Shown piece after piece: positions 57,743 through 64,000 of a stretch of DNA of 64,000 bases. The first letter of the stretch is position 1; every line of letters begins with the position of its first letter. Where the stretch lies: NCBI GenBank assembly GCA_938039325.1, contig CALHUX010000047.1:37909-101908 (forward strand), in the 5' to 3' direction. A program made the translations under genes and the position numbers. Under the pieces are notes generated by a model. The model worked only from the letters and a program-made list of their open reading frames with translations, was not told the origin of the DNA and did not search any database. The DNA is from an uncultured Collinsella sp. Its GTDB lineage: Bacteria > Actinomycetota > Coriobacteriia > Coriobacteriales > Coriobacteriaceae.

Positions 57743-58432
57743 ATGTCCCAGACCGCCGCTCCCAATGTCGCTTTTATTTTCGATTGCGACGGCACACTGG
57801 TTAATAGCACCCCCGTTTGGGCTTATGCTCAGCCAGAGTTATTGCACCGCCACGGCGTCGACGTGACGGTCGATGATTTTGCCCAATTTGAGCATTTGTC
57901 GCTCGAGGACGAGTGCCAGGCCTACCACGACACGTGGGGTATTGGCACGGATGGCGAGGAGCTGTATCGCGAGCTGAGTGAAATCCTTATCGACGGTTAT
58001 TCCAAGGTGCCGCCGCGCGATGGGCTGCTGGCATTTTTGGAGCAGGCGAAGGCGGCCGGCATCGCCATGTGTGTGGCTACTTCTACGCCGGCCGAGCTGG
58101 TCGGGTCTGCGCTTGCCGGCGCCGGACTCGATCGCTACATGGAGTTTGTTACGACGACGGGTGAGGCCGGACGGTCCAAGCAGTTCCCCGATGTGTACGA
58201 GCTGGCGCTGAGCCGTCTGGAGGAGCGCCATGGGCATGCGTTTGAGCGCGCCTGGGTATTTGAGGACGCCGTCTTTGGCCTAAAGAGCTCTGGGGTCGCC
58301 GGCTTTAAGCGTGTAGGCATTTATGACCCGCACGGCCGCATGGAGCGCGACGATGTGCGCGCCAACTGCGATATCTTTATCGACAGCTACGAGGAGCTGG
58401 ATCTGGCCAGCGTGCTGGCGTTTGAGGGATAG
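57743..58432 (+). CDS. HAD-superfamily phosphatase
   Basis: Motifs FDCDGTL, VATS, K(QF)P and VFEDA. Confidence 0.88.
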   Translation: MSQTAAPNVAFIFDCDGTLVNSTPVWAYAQPELLHRHGVDVTVDDFAQFEHLSLEDECQAYHDTWGIGTDGEELYRELSEILIDGYSKVPPRDGLLAFLEQAKAAGIAMCVATSTPAELVGSALAGAGLDRYMEFVTTTGEAGRSKQFPDVYELALSRLEERHGHAFERAWVFEDAVFGLKSSGVAGFKRVGIYDPHGRMERDDVRANCDIFIDSYEELDLASVLAFEG

Positions 58433-58441
58433 GCGAGGGCT

Positions 58442-59083
58442 GTGGCTTGTAAGGTATTAGTGGTCTGCGGCTCGCCCGTGGTTGCGAGCTTGGATCTGTT
58501 GTGTAGGCTAGCGGGGGAGTGCGACCACGTTGTCGCCGTGGACCGCGGGCTCGACGCGCTGCTGGGCGCCGGCCTGGGCTGCGACGTATATGTGGGGGAT
58601 GCCGACACGGTGAGCGATACAGGTCGCGCGCTGGTCGATGCTGCCACCGACTTTGAAGTTGAGCGCCACGACCCCTACAAGGACTATACCGATCTGGCGT
58701 TGGCGCTCGATTCGGTCCGCCGTCGCTGGCCGGGTGCCGAAGTGGTCACGACTTGCGCCACCGGTGGCCGTCCCGATATGGCCCTTTCCGTTCTGGGGCT
58801 GCTCGCGGGCTACGAGGATGCCCCCGTCTGGATCGCCGAGAACAAGGTGGTCGCCCGCATCCTTCGCGCAGGCGAGTCGTGGACCATCGAAGGCGCCGAA
58901 GGCAAGACGTTCTCCATCATCGCCATTGCCCCTAACACCGAGGTAAGCGAACACGGCCTAGAATGGGAACTAAATCACGCCCCGCTGGGTTTGTTGGCCG
59001 ACACCGGCATCAGCAACGTCGTCAGGTCAACAGCCACGATCCAAGTCCATACCGGCACCGCCATCGCTTACCTATATCAATAG
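58442..59083 (+). CDS. thiN: Thiamine pyrophosphokinase
   Basis: Motifs AVDRG, VGDADT, KDYTDL, GGRPD and GLEW...GISN. Confidence 0.85.
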   Translation: MACKVLVVCGSPVVASLDLLCRLAGECDHVVAVDRGLDALLGAGLGCDVYVGDADTVSDTGRALVDAATDFEVERHDPYKDYTDLALALDSVRRRWPGAEVVTTCATGGRPDMALSVLGLLAGYEDAPVWIAENKVVARILRAGESWTIEGAEGKTFSIIAIAPNTEVSEHGLEWELNHAPLGLLADTGISNVVRSTATIQVHTGTAIAYLYQ

Positions 59084-59111
59084 GCACTTAAAGCCTGACC
59101 CAAAAAAGTCC

Positions 59112-59140
59112 TTGCACGTCGCTCCAACTTCCCCTATAGT
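59112..59140 (+). promoter_or_regulatory. Sigma70-type promoter of tRNA-Ala
   Basis: TTGCAC (59112-59117), a 17-bp spacer, then TATAGT (59135-59140). Confidence 0.7.
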
Positions 59141-59153
59141 ATTTCCTCGTCAC

Positions 59154-59229
59154 GGGGGCGTAGTTCAGCTGGGAGAACGCTTGACTGGCAGTCAAGAGGT
59201 CAGGGGTTCGATCCCCCTCGTCTCCACCA
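59154..59229 (+). tRNA. tRNA-Ala (anticodon GGC)
   Basis: Acceptor stem GGGGGCG/CGTCTCC with G3:U70; anticodon arm CTTGA-CTGGCAG-TCAAG; T-loop GGTTCGATCC; encoded CCA. Confidence 0.95.
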
Positions 59230-59240
59230 TCGTGAATGCA

Positions 59241-59270
59241 AAGGCCTTCGGAATTCCGAAGGCCTTTTTT
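59241..59270 (+). terminator. Intrinsic terminator after tRNA-Ala
   Basis: AAGGCCTTCGG-AATT-CCGAAGGCCTT followed by a T-tract. Confidence 0.85.
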
Positions 59271-60005
59271 CATGCCAAAACACCACGCGCCACAAACCCC
59301 ACTCACACCAACAAAAAGTTGCACAATTTATTTCCCATGTCTGTACATAGTTTGTTATCCAAACGCAATTACCAGTGTAGCTCGCTGCTCCAGTTGGGCT
59401 TCAGGAACGCTCCCAATTATTGCCAACGCCCCAATAACCTGCATCAACGTGAACAACATCCCAAAACAACCCCCTTTAGCACGTTAAATGAACGATATGT
59501 TGTCCAACGCAGCCCAAATCAGTTTCGCTAACAGCTTGTGCTAGGATACCTAACGTTACATGAGTTCAACTGTGCTCACGGCTCCAATAGGCCACGTAGC
59601 GCAGGGTCGATCAGCATCCGGCCGTAACGGCGGTGCCAGAAACACCACGAGCTCCAATAAAGAAGTCATGCGACTTTGTTATTTTGCATCGAATTAATTC
59701 GTAGGTGTAAATAGCTATTGTTTGCATGCTAATGCGTAGCAGTGCTGCAGCTGTTTGCGTGCGTTCCAGTTTTGTACCCGCTTGACTGGGCCGCACGCAG
59801 CTAGCTGGAGACGCGTTCATTTTGCGATACACGTCCGCGTCTCTAGCAACTGCGCTTATACATACCGTTCACGGTGGGGCAGAGCCACGTGCTTGTCTAA
59901 CTGGGCTCAGGGTTTGAATATGCAGCGCCTTCGCGCACAAGCGCCCTGGCGAAGCCATATCCAAATCACGTGAGCCATACGTAAGACAGCAAGGGGGTGG
60001 TGCTC

Positions 60006-60551
60006 GTGTGGTATGTAATCCAGGTCATTAACGGTCGCGAAGACGTAATGCGTGAGCGCATTGAGCACATGGTGCCGGCTGTCGCCATGCAGGAGCTCTT
60101 TTATCCCCAATATCAAACCGAGATCAAGGTACACGGCGAATGGGTCAATACGACCAAGTCACTCTTTCCCGGTTATCTTATCTGCGATACGGCAGATCCC
60201 CGCACCGTGCAACAGTATCTGCTTCGCATGGACGACTTTGCCCGGGTGCTTTCCCAGGACGGTCAGTTTGTGCCGCTGGCAAAAGAAGAGGTTCAGCTTA
60301 TTGGCGGCTTTACGCATAGGGGAGACCGCGTAGTGCCCATGAGCGAGGCCTTAAAAGACGGCGACCAGGTCGTAGTGACGGCAGGTCCGCTGCTGGGCCA
60401 CGAAGGCCTTATCAAAACCATTAACAGACGCAAGAGCACTGCTTATTTGGAGCTCGATCTGTGCGGCCGGCGCGTAACCACCCGCGTTGGCCTCGCGGTG
60501 CTTTCAAACGAGCAGCGCGTCATGCGCAACCTAAAAAAAGCGATCGCCTAG
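60006..60551 (+). CDS. NusG paralogue antiterminator (LoaP/UpxY-like)
   Basis: NGN domain MWYVIQVINGRE...LFPGY; KOW domain GDQVVVTAGPLLGHEGLIKTINRRK; heads a polysaccharide locus. Confidence 0.88.
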   Translation: MWYVIQVINGREDVMRERIEHMVPAVAMQELFYPQYQTEIKVHGEWVNTTKSLFPGYLICDTADPRTVQQYLLRMDDFARVLSQDGQFVPLAKEEVQLIGGFTHRGDRVVPMSEALKDGDQVVVTAGPLLGHEGLIKTINRRKSTAYLELDLCGRRVTTRVGLAVLSNEQRVMRNLKKAIA

Positions 60552-60618
60552 CTGCTGGCGACTGTGTAACAGAGCAGGGAGGATCCTCGGAGGCGGGGAC
60601 GTAGTGTTGGAGGAGAAC

Positions 60619-61392
60619 GTGCATAACAATCAAATGGGGGATGCGGCAGCGCTTGCTGTCACGCTTGAGGACAGGCGCGAGGCTGCCAAGCTTAACAACG
60701 CCGGAAAGCATGAGCCTAAGCTGACGGAGAACGGCATCCCGGCTGACGTGCTGGAAAAGTTGTTGCCTGGGGACGATATTATCGAGTTGGAAGAACCCGT
60801 TGTTAACGGTGGGCTATTCTACCGTTTTATCAAACGTTCTTTCGATGTTGTCTCCTGCGGTTGCGCGCTCATTATTCTTGCGATTCCGATGGCTGCTATT
60901 GCCGTCAAGATCAAGTCCGAGTCCGAAGGCCCCGTCATTTATGCACAGCGTCGCGTTGGCAAGGACGGCAAGGTCTTTAACATTTATAAGTTCCGCAGCA
61001 TGTATACCGATGCTGAATCTCGTGGTGCCCAGTGGGCACAAGACGAAGATCCCCGCGTAACACCGTTTGGTAAGTTCATGCGTAAAACGCGCCTGGACGA
61101 GATTCCTCAGTTCTGGAACGTATTTAAGGGCGATATGAGCCTTATCGGTCCGCGCCCCGAGCGGCCTGAGTTCTGCGAGGAATTTGAAAAGCGAATTCAC
61201 GGTTGGCACTTCCGTACCATGGTACGTCCGGGCATTTCCGGTCTTGCCCAGGTGACTGGCGGGTACGACCTGCTTCCCAGCGAGAAGGTCATATTTGACC
61301 TCGAGTACATCAAATCTAGAAACATCAAGATGGATGTTGTGATCATGCTTAAGACGCTTGGGGTTGTTAGCACGGGAGACGGTGCTCGTTAA
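60619..61392 (+). CDS. Priming phosphoglycosyltransferase (bacterial sugar transferase)
   Basis: Motifs KRSFD, YKFRSM, DPRVT, LDEIPQFWNV, MSLIGPRPER and PGISGLAQV. Confidence 0.92.
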   Translation: MHNNQMGDAAALAVTLEDRREAAKLNNAGKHEPKLTENGIPADVLEKLLPGDDIIELEEPVVNGGLFYRFIKRSFDVVSCGCALIILAIPMAAIAVKIKSESEGPVIYAQRRVGKDGKVFNIYKFRSMYTDAESRGAQWAQDEDPRVTPFGKFMRKTRLDEIPQFWNVFKGDMSLIGPRPERPEFCEEFEKRIHGWHFRTMVRPGISGLAQVTGGYDLLPSEKVIFDLEYIKSRNIKMDVVIMLKTLGVVSTGDGAR

Positions 61393-62603
61393 TGAAGATA
61401 CTCGTTATTTGTCAGCGATATTGGCCTGAACAATTTCAAGTAACTGATATTTGCGAGGGGCTCGCAAGCCGCGGCCACGATGTCACTGTGCTCTGCGGAC
61501 TTCCAAATGTTGGACTCCCAAATTCGGAGGGTCGAATACCCCCCGAATACCTACACGGTAATAATCGACATCAAGAACATAATGGCGTCCATATAGTGCG
61601 GTCTTTCGAAATTGGAAGACGTACAGGCGTGCTTTGGAGAACCGCAAACTACTACTCCTTCTGGAAATCGGCCGACAACAAAGTAGTATCTATGGGCGAA
61701 TTCGATGTTTGTCTCGCATACCAGTTGAGTCCCGCAATGATGTGTGATGCAGCCCGCGTGCTTAAGCGAGCCAAAGGCGTTCCATACCTATTATATTGCT
61801 GTGATCTATGGCCAGAGTCTATGAAGGCTATGCTGGGTAGCAGGGGGACCGCCATCATTCGACATTTTGGTCGTGTCTGTCGCAAGATCTATAGTTCAGC
61901 CGACCGAATTGCCATCGAATCGCCTTCTTTTGAGGAGTATTTCACTTCTTACCATAACGTTCCTGCTAATAGGCTTTTCTATCTTCCCCAGTTTTCTACT
62001 GACGGAGGGCAGCCAGTTTTAGATGCTCATGAGAGTGTCAATTTTTATTTCATGGGGAATATGGGGACCGTTCAATGCATTCCCTTTATTTTGAAATCTT
62101 TTAAAAAGGCACTTGAAATCGCACCCAAAGCCAACATTACTCTAAATTTTGTAGGCGATGGGGTAGCTGCAAGCGAGGCTAAGGAATACGTAAAGCAAAA
62201 CGGCCTAACGAAGAGCGTCATGTTTCATGGAAGACATCCTTTTTCCGAGATGCAACATTTTTATGCTCAAGCCGATGTATGCGTAATGGCTTTAGATGAT
62301 AGCTCCTTGATAGGCACCACCATCCCCTCAAAGCTACAAGGTTATATGGCAGCAGGTAAACCTGTCATTGCGGCTGTTCGAGGGGGCGCACGCTTTGTCC
62401 TTAATGAGTCTGGATGCGGTGTAGCTGTTAATCCTGGCGACGTTGATGGCTTCGCATCTGCGATGGCTGATTTAGCCGTTGACGAAAGCAAGCGGCTTGA
62501 GTTCGGGGCGCTTTCCCGACATTACTTCGAAAGTCATTTCACCAAACACGCGTTTTTGGACGCAATTGAAAATGAACTAATAACGCTAGCGAAGGGATTC
62601 TAG
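61392..62603 (+). CDS. GT4 glycosyltransferase (WbuB/Cap5L-like)
   Basis: Motifs QRYWPE, DLWPES, GNMG and PSKLQGYMAAGKP; adjacent to an fnlA-like gene. Confidence 0.85.
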   Translation: MKILVICQRYWPEQFQVTDICEGLASRGHDVTVLCGLPNVGLPNSEGRIPPEYLHGNNRHQEHNGVHIVRSFEIGRRTGVLWRTANYYSFWKSADNKVVSMGEFDVCLAYQLSPAMMCDAARVLKRAKGVPYLLYCCDLWPESMKAMLGSRGTAIIRHFGRVCRKIYSSADRIAIESPSFEEYFTSYHNVPANRLFYLPQFSTDGGQPVLDAHESVNFYFMGNMGTVQCIPFILKSFKKALEIAPKANITLNFVGDGVAASEAKEYVKQNGLTKSVMFHGRHPFSEMQHFYAQADVCVMALDDSSLIGTTIPSKLQGYMAAGKPVIAAVRGGARFVLNESGCGVAVNPGDVDGFASAMADLAVDESKRLEFGALSRHYFESHFTKHAFLDAIENELITLAKGF

Positions 62604-62609
62604 AAAATA

Positions 62610-63665
62610 ATGGATACCAGCACCTTTACCGGTAAAACTCTGATGATCACAGGTGGCACCGGCTCCTTCGGAAACACCGTGCTCAAGCACTTCATGGACA
62701 CCGACCTGGCGGAGATTCGCATCTTCTCCCGCGACGAAAAAAAGCAGGACGACATGCGTCACCGCCTGCAGGAGAGGTCCCCTGAGCTTGCCTCCAAGGT
62801 CCGCTTTTTCATCGGCGACGTCCGCGACGCCCAGTCTGTTCGCGATGCCATGCACGGGGTAGACTACATCTTCCACGCCGCCGCCCTCAAGCAGGTGCCC
62901 TCGTGCGAATTCTTTCCAATGGAGGCTGTGAAGACCAATGTCATTGGCACGGACAACGTGCTGCACGCCGCCATCTCGGAGGGTGTCGAGAAGGTCGTTT
63001 GCCTCTCCACTGACAAGGCTGCCTACCCCATTAACGCAATGGGCAAGTCCAAGGCCATGATGGAGTCCATTATCTACGCTAACGCCCGCAACGGCGCCGG
63101 TCGAACCACCATCTGCTGCACACGCTACGGCAACGTCATGTGCTCGCGCGGCAGCGTTATCCCGCTGTTCATTAACCAGATCCGCGCGGGGGAGCCCGTG
63201 ACGGTGACCGACCCTAACATGACCCGCTTCCTCATGAACCTCGACGAGGCGGTCGACCTCGTGCAGTTCGCCTTTGAGCACGCTAACCCTGGCGACCTGT
63301 TCATTCAGAAGGCACCTGCTTCAACCATCGGCGACCTCGCCGAGGCGGTCCAAGAGGTGTTCGCCCGCACCGAGACTCGTGTCATCGGCACCCGTCATGG
63401 TGAGAAGCTCTATGAGACGCTCATGACCCGCGAGGAGCGCCTGCGAGCCGAGGACATGGGCGAGTACTTCCGTGTTCATGCCGACACGCGCGACCTGAAC
63501 TACGACAAGTTCTTCGTTGAGGGAGAGGTGCACACTCAGGCCGACGAGCCCTATACGTCCCATAACACGAGGCGCCTGGACGTGGCGGGCACGATCGACA
63601 AGATCAAGACCGCCGAGTACGTGCAGCTAGCCCTTGAGGGCCGCGAGGCAGAGGCGGTGCAGTAG
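62610..63665 (+). CDS. fnlA: UDP-GlcNAc 4,6-dehydratase/epimerase (FnlA/CapE/WbjB family)
   Basis: Motifs TGGTGSFG, FSRDEKKQ, HAAALKQVPSCEFFP, LSTDKA, RHGEK and YTSHNT. Confidence 0.9.
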   Translation: MDTSTFTGKTLMITGGTGSFGNTVLKHFMDTDLAEIRIFSRDEKKQDDMRHRLQERSPELASKVRFFIGDVRDAQSVRDAMHGVDYIFHAAALKQVPSCEFFPMEAVKTNVIGTDNVLHAAISEGVEKVVCLSTDKAAYPINAMGKSKAMMESIIYANARNGAGRTTICCTRYGNVMCSRGSVIPLFINQIRAGEPVTVTDPNMTRFLMNLDEAVDLVQFAFEHANPGDLFIQKAPASTIGDLAEAVQEVFARTETRVIGTRHGEKLYETLMTREERLRAEDMGEYFRVHADTRDLNYDKFFVEGEVHTQADEPYTSHNTRRLDVAGTIDKIKTAEYVQLALEGREAEAVQ

Positions 63666-63667
63666 GC

Positions 63668-64000
63668 ATGCGCTTCCTGGTTCTGGGCGCCACGGGGATG
63701 GCTGGTCACCTAATCTCGCTTTTCCTTAAGGAGCGCGGGCATACGGTGGTTGGCTTCAGCCGCCGCGGCGTGCCCTTTCTCGACAGCCAGGTCCTAGGCG
63801 ACATTCGGGACAAGAAGCTCTTGCAGGACTCAATCGATGAGGGCGACTTCGATGTTGTCGTGAACTGCATCGGGGTGCTGAACAAGGCTGCCGAAACCAA
63901 TCCCGACGCCGGCTGGATAAACGGCGAACTTCCGCATGTCCTGGCCGGTATGACCGCAAGCAAGCGAACGCGCGTGTTCCACATGAGCACCGACTGCGTG
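63668..64000 (+). CDS. RmlD-like NDP-4-keto-sugar reductase (3' end outside window)
   Basis: MRFLVLGATGMAGH...VVNCIGVL...LPH...HMSTDCV; the frame stays open to the window end. Confidence 0.8.
   Translation, partial: MRFLVLGATGMAGHLISLFLKERGHTVVGFSRRGVPFLDSQVLGDIRDKKLLQDSIDEGDFDVVVNCIGVLNKAAETNPDAGWINGELPHVLAGMTASKRTRVFHMSTDCV

Noticed and set aside
59271..59600. Invertible (phase-variable) capsule promoter
   Set aside because: I could not find flanking inverted repeats by eye, and no recombinase gene is in the window.
59112..59973. Small ORFs between tRNA-Ala and the NusG paralogue
   Set aside because: They overlap the tRNA or terminator, or lack an RBS and motifs; the region is better explained as promoter plus leader.

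Overview
A 64-kb, GC-rich chromosomal window. Gene content and protein style suggest a Coriobacteriia gut anaerobe (Collinsella-like); this is inferred, not searched. In order: a 5'-truncated CCA-adding enzyme gene, tRNA-Glu, a membrane flippase-like gene and a TetR gene. Next is a ~22.8-kb, higher-GC cobalamin island (3729-26535) bounded by an IS3 remnant on the left and an IS21 remnant on the right. It holds two divergent operons: a B12-riboswitch-led operon (lipoprotein-type CbiK, two proteins with NEAT-like domains, a FecCD-type ABC transporter) and a 16-gene anaerobic cbi/cob operon with no hem, cysG, cbiMNQO or lower-ligand synthesis genes. Then come a MacAB/YknXYZ-like exporter, an L,D-transpeptidase, fused L-serine dehydratase, metK, gltX, priA, def, fmt, rsmB, an AT-rich orphan gene and a glycogen operon (glgB-P-C-D-A, then a GH13-GH77 fusion). 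GlgA and GlgB carry long Lys/Ala-rich tails. The window ends with a HAD gene, thiamine pyrophosphokinase, tRNA-Ala and the start of a capsule/EPS locus led by a NusG paralogue. Several families of intergenic palindromic repeats are present. All product calls come from motif recognition, not database searches.
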